Shown: positions 11,505 through 25,379, counted from the first letter of the stretch. The stretch is DNA of 64,000 bases from Octopus vulgaris (GCA_951406725.2 OX597825.1:45818001-45882000), one strand, 5' to 3'. Program-made: numbers and translations. Notes: generated by a model from the letters alone, not told the origin.

Positions 11505-14500
11505 TTAGGAAGATGGATACGTTAGGAGTTCAGAACTTACCCGAAAAACTTGCACAAACCTTGCTGGCCATCGAACTGTTCTTCCTGATTTGGTGTGTCG
11601 GGGTTGTGCAGAATCTGTGGTGTTCGCTGGAGTTGCCGAGTCTGTTTGAGGAAAAGAGGGGACTGAATGTAAGTCCTCCTCGATGAAAGCTTTTTTTAAA
11701 CGATCAATCGAGACCGTATTTCGTTTACCTCCAATATCGAGGACGAAATACTTGGGTTCTCTTTTGATGACCTTGTAGGGCCCGGAATATGGTGGTCGAA
11801 GTTGAGAGGGTATCCCATCATTCCTCACGAAGACATGAGTCCATGTGTTGATATCTTTTGGGACACGTGAAACGACGTTCTGTTGTCTGGGGCCTGAAGG
11901 TGATAACTGCGACATAGATGTTCGTAATCGGTGCACATATTGTTGTGGGTCAGGGAAGTTTTGTGAAACAGGTTCGATCATCTGCCCAGGTAAGGTGAGT
12001 GTTGTGCCATAAACGAGTTCGGCCGGAGTATATCCCAGTTCTTCCTTAATCGTGGATCGAATTCCAAGGAGGATGAGAGGGAGATGTTCCAACCAGTGAG
12101 AACTGTCTGGAGCTGCTTTTATAGATGCCTTGAGTTGGCGGTGAAAGCGTTCCACCATGCCATTTGCTGCAGGGTGGTAAGCTGTAGTGCGGGTGTGTTT
12201 ACACCCGAGGAGACGAGTCAGCTCGGTGAAAAGGTGGGAATCGAACTGACGTCCTCTGTCGGTGGTAATTGTTGCGGGTGTGCCAAAACGCGAAACCCAT
12301 TGTGATATCAGCGTTTTAGCGACCGTTTCTGCTGATATATCAGATAGGGGCCAGGCTTCGGGCCATCGCGAGAACCTATCTACGCAAGTTAGCAAATATG
12401 AATAGTTCTGCGAAGGTGGCAGGGGTCCAACGATGTCAATGTGAACGTGCTGAAATCGTGCATCGGGCTGCGAAAATGAACCGATTGGTGATTTTATGTG
12501 CCGGTGGATTTTCGCTTTTTGGCACGCAACACAGCACTTGGTCCATTCTCTGATATCCTTGTTGATACTGGTCCACACAAAACGGGTCGATATTAGCTTT
12601 TGAGTGGAGCGAATACCAGGATGTGACAGAGAATGTAGAGCGGAGAAAACTTCTCGACGATATTTCTGTGGTACATAAGGGCGTTGGTAACCAGTGGAAA
12701 TATCACACCAAATATGGGCTGTGGATGATGGTAGCGGAACATGCTGAAATTTCAGAGATGACGAATTCCGGAGCTTTAGAAGTTCTTCGTCATTCTCCTG
12801 GTCAGCTGCTATACGTGCCAGATCAATTGTAGACGTGGTGTGGATAGCATTGATCTGCGCACGTGAAAGTGCATCGGCTGCCACGTTGGTCGTCCCTTTG
12901 ATGTGGCGTATATCCGTCGTGTACTGCGATATGAAGTCGAGGTGGCGTATTTCTCTTGGCGAATGGCGATCCGGTTTGGTGTTAAATGCGTATACTAATG
13001 GCTTGTGGTCGGTGTATATGGCAAAATTGGTACCTTCTAGCATATGACGGAAATGCTTAACGGCCAGGTATGCCGCCAATAATTCCCGACTGAATGTGCT
13101 GTATTTGGTTTCCGCGGGTTTTAACCGCTTAGAAAAGAAAGACAACGGTTGCCATATACCGTCAACAAGCTGTTGTAGCACACCTCCGATTCCGGAATCG
13201 GATGCATCAACGAGTAAACATCGTGGGGCGTCTGGTTTTGGATAAACCAACATGGTAGCGCTAGATAACGCTTTTTTCAGGGCAGCGAAAGAAACGAGTT
13301 GATCTTCGGTCAGAGCTATATCTGCATTTTTGCAGGTTCGCTGACGTAGCAAATCCGTGAGCGGTTGCGCTATTTCAGCGAGGTGGGGCACGAACCGTCG
13401 ATAGAAATTCGCTAGACCGAGATATTCCCTTAATTTGCGGAGAGATGTGGGTGGTGGAAAATCCACGATGGCCTTGACTTTCTCGGGAAGAGGACGAATT
13501 CCATTTTTATCGACTATATGCCCGAGAAAATGAAGGGAAGCAACTCCGAACAAACATTTAGTAGGGTTGATAACAATTCCAAATCGACGTAGACGTCCGA
13601 ATAGCAGGTGAAGGTGTTGATTATGCTCTTCGTCCGAGTTACTGGCCACGAGTATGTCGTCTATGTAGGCATAGACGAAAGGCAAACCTCTAGTCACCAT
13701 GTCGATAAACCTTTGGAATGTCTGTGCTGCGTTTCGTAAACCGAAAGGCATACGCAGGAATTCAAACATTCCGAAAGGTGTAGTAACTGCTGTCTTTGAG
13801 ATGTCTGCAGGTTCGACTGGGATTTGGTTGTATGCTCGCACCAGGTCGATTTTTGAAAAGATGCGAGCTCCATGCAGCGAGCTCGAAAAGTCCTGAAGAA
13901 AAGGCACCGGATAGGCATCACTGATAGTGCTTTTATTCAGTGATCGATAATCGCCGCAAACCCGCCAATCGGTCGATGATTTTTTTGGGACGCAGTGTAT
14001 CGGCGAGGACCAGTTGCTGCTGGAAACGCGGATGATTCCGAGGTCGAGCATGTGCTGGAATTCCCGCTTGACGGCCTGGAGATGATCAGGTGGTAACCTT
14101 CTGGGCCTTGCAGCAACAGGTGGACCGCTGGTTTTGATGTGGTGGGTAACGTCGTGCTTTATCGGCTGGTTATGAAAAACTGGCCGGGCGACATCTGGAT
14201 AATCATTCAGGATGGAACTGTGACGAGTCGTTGTCGTAAGCATTACAGTTGGGCTGACTGTGTCCATTCGAGCGGCTATACCGCGCACAGTAAGCTTGGT
14301 GGTGGTGTCGACAAGTCGTCTGTTCTTTATGTCTACCAGGAGACCGAAATGATGCAGGAAATCGGCTCCTAAGATAGGGGTCGGCAGTTTAGCGACGACG
14401 AATACCCACTGAAATGTGCGGCGTAGTCCTATGTTTAATGTTAGGGACTGTTCACCGTAGGTTGGAATGGGTGAATGGTTGACTGCCTGAAGACAGACTG

Positions 14501-14795
14501 ATGTCTCTTTTCTTTTTCCAGAAGTGTTGGAGACTGGGATGATGCTGACTTCCGCACCTGTGTCAACCAGGAAACGCGTGCCTGTTACACGATCGCAAAC
14601 GAAAAACAGGCGACTGTGTGGGTGCGAACCAGGAACTTCCGTCGCGTTCAATTTCCTGGCTGTGCCGTTTCCCGAACTGGGTGAGGAAAACGAGCACGGT
14701 ACCGTACATTTTTGTGCCCGTGTTCCGAATGTTCGGTGGTACCAACACGTGTCATGTGAGTTGCGGGTAGCACGGGCTTCGGGACCGTCTGCCAT
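11505..14795 (-). CDS. pol: Gypsy Pol: CWYH zinc motif, aspartic protease, RT, RNase H, integrase
   Basis: [54 protein letters not shown]; open for 1096 aa. Confidence 0.95.
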   Translation of the reverse strand: MADGPEARATRNSHDTCWYHRTFGTRAQKCTVPCSFSSPSSGNGTARKLNATEVPGSHPHSRLFFVCDRVTGTRFLVDTGAEVSIIPVSNTSGKRKETSVCLQAVNHSPIPTYGEQSLTLNIGLRRTFQWVFVVAKLPTPILGADFLHHFGLLVDIKNRRLVDTTTKLTVRGIAARMDTVSPTVMLTTTTRHSSILNDYPDVARPVFHNQPIKHDVTHHIKTSGPPVAARPRRLPPDHLQAVKREFQHMLDLGIIRVSSSNWSSPIHCVPKKSSTDWRVCGDYRSLNKSTISDAYPVPFLQDFSSSLHGARIFSKIDLVRAYNQIPVEPADISKTAVTTPFGMFEFLRMPFGLRNAAQTFQRFIDMVTRGLPFVYAYIDDILVASNSDEEHNQHLHLLFGRLRRFGIVINPTKCLFGVASLHFLGHIVDKNGIRPLPEKVKAIVDFPPPTSLRKLREYLGLANFYRRFVPHLAEIAQPLTDLLRQRTCKNADIALTEDQLVSFAALKKALSSATMLVYPKPDAPRCLLVDASDSGIGGVLQQLVDGIWQPLSFFSKRLKPAETKYSTFSRELLAAYLAVKHFRHMLEGTNFAIYTDHKPLVYAFNTKPDRHSPREIRHLDFISQYTTDIRHIKGTTNVAADALSRAQINAIHTTSTIDLARIAADQENDEELLKLRNSSSLKFQHVPLPSSTAHIWCDISTGYQRPYVPQKYRREVFSALHSLSHPGIRSTQKLISTRFVWTSINKDIREWTKCCVACQKAKIHRHIKSPIGSFSQPDARFQHVHIDIVGPLPPSQNYSYLLTCVDRFSRWPEAWPLSDISAETVAKTLISQWVSRFGTPATITTDRGRQFDSHLFTELTRLLGCKHTRTTAYHPAANGMVERFHRQLKASIKAAPDSSHWLEHLPLILLGIRSTIKEELGYTPAELVYGTTLTLPGQMIEPVSQNFPDPQQYVHRLRTSMSQLSPSGPRQQNVVSRVPKDINTWTHVFVRNDGIPSQLRPPYSGPYKVIKREPKYFVLDIGGKRNTVSIDRLKKAFIEEDLHSVPSFPQTDSATPANTTDSAQPRHTKSGRTVRWPARFVQVFRVSSELLTYPSS

Positions 14796-15522
14796 CTCGT
14801 CGAGATCGGCTGGTGCTTCGACGCTGGGGACTAAACTTTAGGGCTTGTATTTGGGCTGTGAGAATTTGTATTTGCGCAGCTTGCTGCGTCATTAATGCAC
14901 GCAAATCCGAAATCTCGGAAAAACTGGTTTGTGCACGGAAAGGATTGGTACTGGGAGCGGCTGGCGTCACCGTCGATACCGTTGGATATCTGTGCGGTAC
15001 TTCGGCTATTTTGTCAGCTAGCTCCGCCAGTTCTTCAAGGGATGTGTTTTCTCTGGTGGACGCGAGAACAACCTGGGTATTGGAGGGCAGACGCTGGAGA
15101 AAAAGTTGCTTGAAGATTTTTTCTGGGAGCGTCTCATCTCCGAGAAGCTGTTTCATTCTCCGAAGAAGCTGGGACGGCGTTTTGTCACCCAATTCTTCCG
15201 ATATCAGAAGCTGGTGAAGTCTTTTTTGTTGGGATTCTGAGGTTCTGTTTATTAACGTGGTTTTAAAAACTTCATATGAAACAGAACCGGGTGGTGCCAT
15301 GATAAGGTCGCGTATTACGTTCGTTATTTCTGGTGACAGAGAACTGATAACGTGAGAAAGTCGAGCCGCATCGCTCGATATTCTGTGAGAGGCAAACTGT
15401 GCCTCTATATGGTGAAACCACAATGTCGGGTCGTGGGTCCAGAATGGTGGAATTTTTAACGAGATCGCCGCTTGGAATGCCATGTCGATGTTGGCCGCTG
15501 GAATTTGTTCCGGGAGATTCAT
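14752..15522 (-). CDS. gag: Gypsy Gag
   Basis: [40 protein letters not shown]; lies just downstream of the PBS. Confidence 0.9.
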   Translation of the reverse strand: MNLPEQIPAANIDMAFQAAISLKIPPFWTHDPTLWFHHIEAQFASHRISSDAARLSHVISSLSPEITNVIRDLIMAPPGSVSYEVFKTTLINRTSESQQKRLHQLLISEELGDKTPSQLLRRMKQLLGDETLPEKIFKQLFLQRLPSNTQVVLASTRENTSLEELAELADKIAEVPHRYPTVSTVTPAAPSTNPFRAQTSFSEISDLRALMTQQAAQIQILTAQIQALKFSPQRRSTSRSRRDGRRSRSPCYPQLT

Positions 15523-15627
15523 TGTTTTCGTCGGAATTTTCAGTTGCTTCGTTGCTGGTGATGTGCAAACTGTAATTCTTCGACGCGGTTGATGAAGCTG
15601 ATTCCGGGGAAGGCGCGATTCGTTTTA

Positions 15628-15638
15628 CGGGGTCACCA
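15628..15638 (-). other. Primer binding site, tRNA-Trp-type
   Basis: TGGTGACCCCG 2 nt after the 5' LTR; complementary to the ...CGGGGTCACCA 3' end of tRNA-Trp. Confidence 0.75.
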
Positions 15639-15640
15639 AA

Positions 15641-16215
15641 TGTAGTGGATGCGTGGATGTATTAATAAATACATAAGTGTTTTGTAATAAATTAAAGATT
15701 TATTTTCACTACATCAATTTGTAAGCAATGCTACACATCGCTTGTACAAAATGCATATTCAATAGTGGTTGCAAATAATACATATTAAAGGAATGCATAA
15801 TACATGATACACATTAAAGCAGAATATGTTTGATGGTGTGTGTGTGTGTGTGTAAATCATGCAGGACAGAGTCACCTTTCTGAATATTCTTTCGTCGTCC
15901 TCATAAATGCGTGGCGTTCTCTTAAGCGTTGGTTCTCTGCAGATACCTATTTCTCCGTTCTATTTATAACATCTCAAATAGCCAGAAAAATAGATATACC
16001 GCAAGAGTGTTATCGCGTACAGTAGGTCGCTGGTCGTCCTGTTAAACTTCGTCTGACCTGCTCGGGTCAGAGGTCGAAGGGAGACGATCCATCATTTTTT
16101 GTCAGAACAAAGAGATTCTGATTTCGCGCCTTTTTGTGCATTGGTATTTTACGACCAATGATTCTTGGGTCTGATTTCGAATCCAAGCTTAGAGAAGGAA
16201 GTGCTAATTCTTACA
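15641..16215 (-). repeat. 5' LTR of the Gypsy element (575 bp)
   Basis: Near-identical to 10329-10911. Confidence 0.95.
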
Positions 16216-17080
16216 CGTGTCTTAAGTCATCCACATTGTGGCCACTGGTGAAGACTCTCAAACTTCACACCAATATGCGTGCTCATATGCGACGTGATAT
16301 CACATCAGCAGCATTTTCTCACACCCTCCTTGCACTTGGCGAAGGCAAAATACCAGCGGATGAAAATGGTAATATTGCATTCGATTCCATTTGTACCATT
16401 GTTAAAACGCATTCTGATCTCAGAGATGCAGTGTTCCCAGATCTACAAGCTAATTATCAGAATATGGATTGGATTGGCCAAAGGGCTATTCTGGCCCCGA
16501 GGAATAAAACTGTTCACCATATTAATGATGAAATGCTAAAACTCATTCCTGGGGATGTCTATGTATATAAGTCTATCGATACAACTCCCGACCCAGAGGA
16601 CGTCATCAACTATCCAATATTCCTTTGAGCCCCCCTGACTACCACCACACATTCTCAAACTTAAAGTTGGTGCCCCTATAATGCTCATTAGAAATTTGGT
16701 TCCCCCAAAACAATGCAATGGCACACGTTTGATCGTTAAGTCCTTATCTCCCAATCCGATTGAGGCCACCAATATCACAGGGTGCGGTCGAGGCAACGTT
16801 GTGCTCATACCTATGATGCATCTTTTCCCATCAGGAGCAGACCTACCTTTCATATTTCGGAGGTCCCAGTTCCCAGTTCCCAGTAAGGCCATGTTTCGCA
16901 ATGTCAATTAACAAAGTGCAGGGTCAAACACTGTCTGTGGCGGGAATACATTTGGGAGAGCCATGTTTCTCTCATGGTCAGCTTTATGTTGCCTGCTCGC
17001 GTGTCGGCAGCAACAGTGATGCTTTCGCATTCGTTCCACAACGAAAAACAAAAAACATTGTGTACAAGGAGGTTTTATAG
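16216..17080 (+). pseudogene. Helitron Pif1 helicase, C-terminal part (frameshifted)
   Basis: CLKSSTLW..L.LHTNMR, RAILAPRN, LKVGAPIMLIRNL..CNGTRL, INKVQGQTL, FSHGQLYVACSRV across frames. Confidence 0.9.
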
Positions 17081-18049
17081 GATTACTACGTTTCATCATT
17101 TTCGAACACGTTAGTATTTCACTTACATACGACTCTCTTTTATGATGGCATTTACATTTTTAGGCGTTTCATGACATTAATTCACACTTAACCAACACCT
17201 GTCCTTCGCTCACCTCTATTTCTATCCATTCATCATCAAACCACCAGCCTCATCTTCTATATCCAACGTACATGACACATCTACCCCCTACATCTACACT
17301 CTCACTGTTAAAGTTTACATAAGCGACAACACGATCGCAACATACACTTTGGAAACTAAGCAAAAGATCATTTTATACAACAAATTTAATCATAACGCCC
17401 ATCAATGAAAACATCTCCACCACTATGTTGTGATTCATCTATTCAGTACCACTACAGTCTTGCCGGTCTGACATATGGTGAGTAGATGCTATTGTTCTAT
17501 ATTTTATAAATTACCCATATTTACTTACCCATGCTTCATTCCCCTCTTGCCTACATAGGGCATCCATTCTCTTTTAACACAGCATGAAGTTTTGTAACAG
17601 CACATCCGCTGCCGTTCGTGGAAAACGAAGAAACCCTATTCACCTGCGAACGTTTTACACCGCCTTCAACGACGATCAAATTCTTACAATTATGAGAACA
17701 ATAACATGGCTCTTTTCAAGGCAACCTCGCATTAAATTCTTACACCATTCTACGAGGGGGTAGGAACCCCTTTACACGGCTTTCTACACACTTACAAATA
17801 CATTCATTCGCCGTAAACTTATATCAATATTTGCCTGAATAATCATCATAATTCAGTACAATCATTAACAGTACTTTCATGCAATTCAGCCCCGAGCATC
17901 GCCGGGCAATTCTGCTAGTGTGTCACATAAAACACGGTTAACTCTTAACGTCTTTAACAAAATTTTGCATTTAAGAAGTTATTTCGTGTTAAAGTTGTCA
18001 TATTTGGGTAATTTTAACCAATCAATGGCATGTATTCAGCTGAAGAAAG

Positions 18050-18480
18050 TTACTGCTGTTTGCGAAAGCATGGTTTTCTATGGTTGGATGCCCTTCCTAA
18101 TGCCAACCAGTCTAAGAGTGTAATGGGTGCTTTTATGTGCCACTGGCATGGGTGCCATTTGTGTGACACCGGGGTGTTTTTGCATGCCGGCAGCACAAGT
18201 GCCATTTGCATGACACTGGTATCTGCCACAACTGCAATTTTGCTCAGTTTGATGGGTCTTCTTCTCAAGCACAACATAATGCCAAATGTCTCAGTCTTTG
18301 CTTATGTAAAATCCAACATTCGAAAGGAACTCGGCCACTTTGTCTCCTTGAGGCCCAATGCTCAAAAGGAATTCAGCCACTTTGCCTCCATGAAGCTCAA
18401 CACTTGAAAGGAACTCAGCCACTTTGCCTCTATGAGGCCCAGTGCTTGAAAGGTGTTCTTTACATGCCACCAGCAGTGTA
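18050..18480 (-). mobile_element. Degenerate RTE LINE 3' region with ~41-bp tandem subrepeats
   Basis: ggatgcccttcctaatgccaacc motif as at 41944; aaggaactc.gccacttt repeated at 18320-18450. Confidence 0.55.
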
Positions 18481-18554
18481 TACTCTTCAGTAACAATTAA
18501 TTGTATGAAATAAACCAGGATCTGCTATAAAACGAACATGCAAATTGACTAAAT

Positions 18555-19023
18555 ATGCCCATGGGTATATGGCATAGTAGTTAAGAGTGTGGGTTACTAA
18601 CTCCAAGATTCTGAGTTCAATTCCAGGCAGTGACCTGAATAATAATAATAGTTGTAGTGTGATGGAGGAAAAGGACAACAGAAAAAGAAGCAAATGGGAG
18701 AAAGAAATGCAAACGGCCTTACCTGTTGACCTTGGCGAAATCAGCGGTCACTCTCACGAATTAAACACATCTTGTCTCGCTGCCGTCTCTGCTCGAACTG
18801 ACCACACGTGCTTCCTGTCCACGCATGCCCTCTGCCTGTGTTACCGGCCCCTGCAATCCTTACTTCCGTCCATCTCATGCAATCCCCTCCACCAACACCA
18901 CATAGCTCCATCACAGCCCATAACACCACTAACACCACAATAGTAACAACAACAACATCATAGAAAAATACCTTAGGAATGAGAACCCATGTTCAAAATT
19001 TCCCCAAGACACCTGAGGAAGGC
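18555..19023 (+). mobile_element. tRNA-derived SINE split by a solo LTR
   Basis: A box tggcatagtag, B box gagttcaattcc; continues after 18944. Confidence 0.6.
18653..18939. mobile_element. Solo LTR (287 bp)
   Basis: TGtagtgt...acaccaCA termini; 5-bp TSD atagt at 18648-18652 / 18940-18944. Confidence 0.75.
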
Positions 19024-19882
19024 AAGCAATAAAATTTGTGCTTTTCTTTACCTTTCTCTCTTTGACCTCCTACTCTTTTGTTTTGCCTCTCTTTTTCATG
19101 CTCCCTTCTCAAAGGGAATAATTGAATAAGGAAAAAACAAATCTAACACTACTGTTTTTTCTTACTATGACTGAAAGTAGGAAAAATTCTAATTTATGTT
19201 CTTTTCTCTCTTTGACCGCCCACTCTTTTGTTTTTTTGTTCAAAGAGAATAGAATTAGAATGCAAGTAATTCACTGCTTCCCCTCTCCTTGATAAGAAAA
19301 CAGCTTTCCCTACTTACACTTCTCAAATAATATCAATTTATACTAAGAAATTAAGGAATGGGAAATACAAAACATATCGTAAGTCAGTGAAATTTATCAA
19401 TAATTAATTTAATATTACACAAATTATTTATCCTGGAAAGAAAGACATGCAGTGCATGCATTGTATACTTGTATAAATAGATCCTTTATCCCTGATATGT
19501 ATGTGCGCGCGTGTGCATGTGAGTGTGTATACGTGTGTGTACACACATGCACACACGGAGGAAGAGAGAGATACATGCATATACACATATCCAAATATAT
19601 TCACATACAATTTCCTGTATGTATGTTCTACTTTCAATTATTTGAAAGCTTCCTGTAAGGAAGAAGCTGGTTTCTAACAATGGTACGAATCTATTTTCCA
19701 TGCTGGCACAGGACATGGTAGGCTACAGAGCTATGCTGAGCTCCAGTGTCAGTTTTGACATACGTTTCTATGGTTGGATGCTCTTCTTTACATCTGTCAT
19801 TTTAAGTGTGTACTGGGTGCTTTTTTCATATTACCAGCACTAGTGAGGTTACCAAGTAACCTCAAGATAGGGAGAGAGAGAA

Positions 19883-19917
<35 letters not shown>

Positions 19918-20627
19918 GTGAGAGAGAGAATAGGGTAAAAGGGAAAAGTGGGGAGTTGGTTTTATGCCAAGGCTAAATATGATGGACAAGAAAGGATCTC
20001 TTGCTTTAGTGATACATGGCTACCATACATTATATAGGGGTGGATGAGAGTAGTTGGCAGTGTATAGAGATGAAAATGATAGCAATTTCTCAAGGTACAG
20101 AAGGGTGAGTATTCAAGCGGATACAGTGGATCAGGAGAGGGGAGGTGGGAGTGGGTTCTATTACAGTTGTAAGAGAAAGAGTAACAGATGCTTAGAGATG
20201 TAGGCAGATGTGGGAAATATCTATATGGTAAGGTGAAAGATAGAAATGGCTCAGGAAGGATAGAGCAGAAGGTTGGGGAATGATGTTCTACATCTCCCTT
20301 TATATGAAAGATGGGAAATGTTGGAATACGTGAGGGTGGCTATAATGAGTGGGGTATGATAGCAGATATGAGAGAGTGCTGAGAATGAAAGCTGATATGT
20401 AAGATGTTTAATGGAGTGTGACAAAAGAAAGAAATAATTGAAGGTACAGAAAGGTGGTTAGTGAAATAGCATGGGTAGAGGGGAACGGATAATAGGATGA
20501 GGTAACTTGTAGTGCAAAGAAACAGGGAGGTGTAATATATGATGATACTGTCCTCAACTGATTTTAGCCACTAAGTAGTCCCTTTTGAAGAGACTTAGCA
20601 TGGCATCATAGCTACAACTTCTACACG

Positions 20628-20960
20628 TGTAGTAACCGGCCTTTGCCACGTGATCCCCAACATCTTGTTATAGAACTCTTACTATTGTGTACCTCCTGAA
20701 CTGGTAAACAAATTCTATCTTAACTCAATATGCTGAGACATTCATCTTATGCTCTGTATTTCTGTTTTATATGCATACACCTTTGTCTGTACTTTCTGTT
20801 GCACACACGAACACACAGACACAAATTCTATGTGCACGCATTCATACACAACACTTTGCTAGCACTCACACACTTTCTCTTTGTAAACATTGTGAATAAA
20901 GACTTCTCTCTCAAACAGTAGAACGGTTTGTTGTCCTTCATTTATTCTTTTGGCACTACA
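20628..20960 (+). mobile_element. Possible solo LTR
   Basis: TGTAGT...ACTACA termini and internal aataaa; no TSD found. Confidence 0.4.
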
Positions 20961-21199
20961 TTTTATATCATGTATTGTGGCCTTCATATTATTGTTAGGG
21001 ACGACCATGCGGCGTTCAAAAGGAGACATTTGTCACCAACTCCTTACGTACAATCATATATTCCTACAGTTTTGTTACTCTTGCTTTACTCACAGTACCA
21101 ATATATGTGATATTCATGTTACTGTCAGTGGCTTAATGGCATTAACTATAATAGCTGGAATCTTAAATTATAGTGCATCCACAATTTATGAGTGAGAAA

Positions 21200-21720
21200 C
21201 TGAGTCAAATGCCTTCTTATAGTCTAGCCATACAGTCAGCAGGTTTCAACATTGCAGCTTTGCTTCCATGAGTAAAAGCTTATTATTGAGATGTTGTTTG
21301 GCATAGCTCCAGACTCCTTTATTTGTTTGTTCTTGCTCTTCAGTCACAACATAGTGTGTTTTGCACTGATTCTGGAGGAGTGCATTCAAGCAACTTGTAT
21401 ATAATATATCACATCCAAACGTGCTTTGATCCTATAGATTTTGGCCACATGTGACTGGTAGTTTTTAGCTACTAGTATTGTACATGCAGCTATTAACCAG
21501 TCTGGCATATCAAATTCAGTGTTCATTGTTCTTTTGAATATGCTAACAAGGGTTGTCTTGTAGAACGTGAGCTTCCTATCCAAATAACTGACTATCAAGT
21601 CCCACTCAGGAAATTTTTCAGGAGAGTTTCACTGTTGATACATTTTGGGAGAATTGTTTAGCACAGTACTTACTCTATAGCCCATCTGACCACATTGGCT
21701 TTTTATTTATTCTTGAATAT
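21200..21720 (-). pseudogene. Highly degenerate RLE-type LINE RT fragment
   Basis: PDWLIAACTILVAKN resembles PEWLASGITYLLPKN of the Dong-like element; a WLDY.KAFDSV-like remnant lies near 21200-21235. Confidence 0.5.
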
Positions 21721-21815
21721 ATCTTTCAGAGCAAAATTGTTTGCTTACTACTTGCAGTGCATGTTTATCGGTGTGTGTGTGTGTGTGTGTGTGTGTATGC
21801 ATGTATGTGTGCGTG

Positions 21816-21878
<63 letters not shown>

Positions 21879-22565
21879 GAATGAATGAATGAATGATTTT
21901 TCTTTGAGTTTTATTTAAATTCTTCTTAAGAGAGTTCAGGTTGGTTGTTAACAAAGCAACAAGACTTTTTGAGTCAAGAGAGTTTCAAGTGGCTGAGTTG
22001 GTGAGCTGTCAAGAATAGGAGAAAGCTACTGAATACCTGATAAACAAGAGAAACAAAGATACCACCCAACATCCATGTTGTGATAAAAAAATGTCAGCTC
22101 TGTTATATCAGTGTGAATAATATCATTATATCAGTAAATCTTCCTCAAAATGTTTACAAAATACTACCTGCCCCCTGAGGCATGATAGAGTTGCCCTGCT
22201 GTAATACATCAATGATATGCCAGGTGAACTTGGGTAAAAGTTTGGAATGTCTTACAAATCTTCGCTGTGCCACATAAATTGGATTTGGAGAGTCTGCATC
22301 AGTTTCTTTTGCTTTTTCTTAAAAAAACCTGATATTTCTAGGCTTTTGTGTAAATTTGTAGGTACATAGCCTCATGCACCTATGATGATAGACACAAATG
22401 AGAATTTATAGTCTGTAAGTTCTGCATTAATTCACGATAAATGTTCTATTTTTCCTGGACTTCTGATGGTGTGTTCACAGCTAACCACTACAACAGTGCA
22501 TGACATTTGTTTCCTGTCTTACAGAAGAATATCAAGTCTGTTATGTTTGTACTGAATTATTGTTT

Positions 22566-25228
22566 TTATTTGAGTGTACCAATGTCCGTTAAGGACGTTA
22601 ACCTCGGAAGGTAGAACCGGACGTATGGTGACCACACCTGTTCTCCATCCAGGTAAAGCCAGAGGTGCCTCAAACATAACACGAATTTTCGCATCCTCAG
22701 CCAAGGCATCCCAAGCCCACCCTTTAGTGGCTTCTGGCAGCAGACAGAGCGCTTCACAAGAGGTTTTCCTCCTTTCCATAGAAAGCGGAAAAGGATTCTC
22801 TCCAACTTGTTCAGCCACAAATCAGGGCAAGGCCCCACGGTCAGACGGTAGGTGATAGCAGATGCTATAAACATCTGCAAGGATAATGCCCGCCCAGACC
22901 AGATCTGGGCAGTCAGCAGACTGGCTACCTCACTCCAATATTTCTCTATCTGGAGGTCTGGCCCAAACCAGACCCCAAGCAGTTTAACAGGACCTTTCGT
23001 CCAACGCCCTACGACGTTATTGGACGTCATCAGCTTGCCTCTCCAGGTGCCGAGTTGCAAACCGACTGACTTGTCCTTGTTAACCTTTGCTCCTGCCACC
23101 ACCTCGTAACTTTTGATGGCCTCTTCCACCACTAGAAGCTGGCTCTCATCCGCCACGATGATGGAGATGTCATCCGCATACGCCGTAGCTCCACCTCCGC
23201 ACCACAGATCATTCGGTGCGCCTCCTAGTGCTTCCAACTTCCGCAGCAGTGGCTCAACAGTCAGTACATACAAAAGCGGAAACAGGGGGAATCCCTGATG
23301 CACTGAGCGTTCGATCCTGAATGGTTTTGAGAAAAATCCATTTATTTTGACTGCAGACTCGATGTCGCTGTACAAAGCAGCAATCCAACCGCGGAAGGTC
23401 GGGCCTAGGCCAGCCTTTTCGAGGACTGTTGCCAAGTACCGGTGGTCGACCCTATCAAACGCTTTAGACTGGTCTAAATCTATCAGTGCCCCTCCTGTAC
23501 CAGAAAGATTCCCTACCCTCTCTAAGGTGTAGCGTAGAAGATGGAGATTTTCTTGGATCGACCTGCCTGGGATGGCACAAGTTTGCGCCTTCCCTACAAG
23601 TCTGTCCACGACCCATGCCAACCTTTTTGCTAACACTTTGGCCAAAATCTTTAACTCTGTGTTTAGCAGAGTTAGGGGCCGGAAGTTGCTAATCTCGCCC
23701 CACTTGCTCGGGTCCTTTCTGATCAGCGTCACCACTCCTCGGCTCACAGATTTGGGAATTCTCCCATTCTGCGGCCAATTGGCGTAAACACTGGCCAGCA
23801 GGTGCCCGAACAAGTCTGGCATATTCTTATAAAATTCATAGGGTAGACCATCGAGACCCGGCGACTTCTCTCCGGGGCATTCGCCCAGCACCTCGATCAC
23901 ATCCTCGGCTGTGATTGGCCCTTCACATCACTCAGCCTCACGCACAGAGAGACACGGGCGCCAGACAGGAAGTCCCTAAGGGCCTCACCATGATCCAGCC
24001 TCCCGCTCCTCCCGAACAACTCGGCGAAGTGTTTGTAAAGCGCCTCACACATCTCGTCCTGTCCTTCGACCGAACTCCCACTATCGTCAGTCAGAGACCT
24101 AATTGTGGCATCATTGCCACGCTGGGTTTCTACCGTACGGGCCCATCCGGCGACATTAATTCCCTCACGGCCCAATGCTCGCATTTTAGCCCGGACTCTA
24201 CATCCCTCATGTTTGGCTTTGATGTGACGGTCCAAGGCCGTTCTCGTTGCCAAAATGTGGGATGCAGAGCCCAACCCCAACGCCTCCTCTAAGTCCTTAA
24301 CTAGTTTCCCTTCTATTCTCGCCTTGTCTAGTCTTAGCTGATGGCTAAACCTAACAGACTCGAAACGAATGGCTCTTTTGAGGGCGAACCACCACCGGTT
24401 ATTAACCACGAAGCCTTAATCCGGCTACGGTATGCCTTAATGCCTTAATCCGGCTACGGTATGCCTCACAAGTCAAAATAGACTTGTTCAGCTTCCAGTA
24501 ACTGGATCCTCTCTTAACTGCACTATCTACGTTCAGCCTACACTTAACCATTCTATAGTCCGTGTAGGATACCTGAACAAGCTGTGGACAACTAAAGCTA
24601 GCCTTATCTCTAGCTCTTATTACTATCCTAAGTAAGACTTGAACCTTCCGTCGCCATTCATCCAGGTCCACTCTGGGACTTTCGGATGGTCAAGTCTGTA
24701 ACGATCTGCTAGCTGAAATCGCTTAAGCAGATCTATGAAATGTGAGTTCGTTTTCCTATCAATCGAGCCAACACTATCGATGCGTGCGTCAACGATAGCG
24801 TTATAGGCACCTAACACCACTAATTTCTTCGACGTTACGAGAAAGTTCTCTAGGCACCGATAAAAATCAGTTTGTAATCCTCTAGCATAGGGTGCATACA
24901 TTCCGATCAACCTGAAGGCTCTACCACTGTACATCATGTCAAGGACGACCAGCCCACCTTCAGGGTCCACATAGACTGTACTTGTCTGCAGAGTCAAGCC
25001 TTTTCAGACGAGTACTACTACACTCCCTCGGCCTCCGGTCTGGCTAGGAGACATGATTTTCTCATAGCCATTCAGGAGGGGCGAGAAGGCTTGTAAACTG
25101 TCCAGCTTGGTCTCTGTAGCAACCATCACATGTATATCATGTGATCTGAGGTCGTCGAAGAGGCAAGCTTGCTTCTACTTCGAGCTCAGACCACGTAAAT
25201 TTAAGCACCCCAAGTTAAGTGAAGCCAT
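22566..25228 (-). pseudogene. Tx1 ORF2 (APE endonuclease + RT), fragmented
   Basis: MASLNLGCLNLRGL start, YWKLN, SPGLDGLPYEFY, NFRPLTLLN, DQSKAFDRV, AYADDI. Confidence 0.9.
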
Positions 25229-25379
25229 AAACCTGGGGGAAAAAAAACAAAGGCTCTATTTGTCCTTACTCGGAGATGCTGGGGCCAACCTCACCAAACG
25301 TGAGTCGGCCTCCTCCTTTCTGTCCTTCTCCGGGCATTCGGGCGAGTCTGTGGCCCTCTTGATGCCTCTCGGACGCCTA

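Larger units (their letters stand above)
10329..16215 (-). mobile_element. Full-length Ty3/Gypsy LTR retrotransposon
   Basis: TG..CA LTRs 10329-10911 and 15641-16215 (3 substitutions and 2 small indels seen), 4-bp TSD CGTG, PBS, PPT, gag and pol. Confidence 0.97.
9660..17918 (+). mobile_element. 5'-truncated Helitron (Pif1 helicase region plus 3' end), interrupted by a Gypsy element
   Basis: Pif1 motifs on both sides of the insertion; 3' hairpin cccgagcatcgccggg, then CTAG at 17915-17918 followed by T. Confidence 0.9.

Noticed and set aside
16134-16215. Start of the 164-aa ORF
   Set aside because: LTR sequence fused by chance to the Helitron helicase frame
9688-17080. Host PIF1 gene
   Set aside because: Intronless, frameshifted and followed by a Helitron hairpin-CTAG terminus
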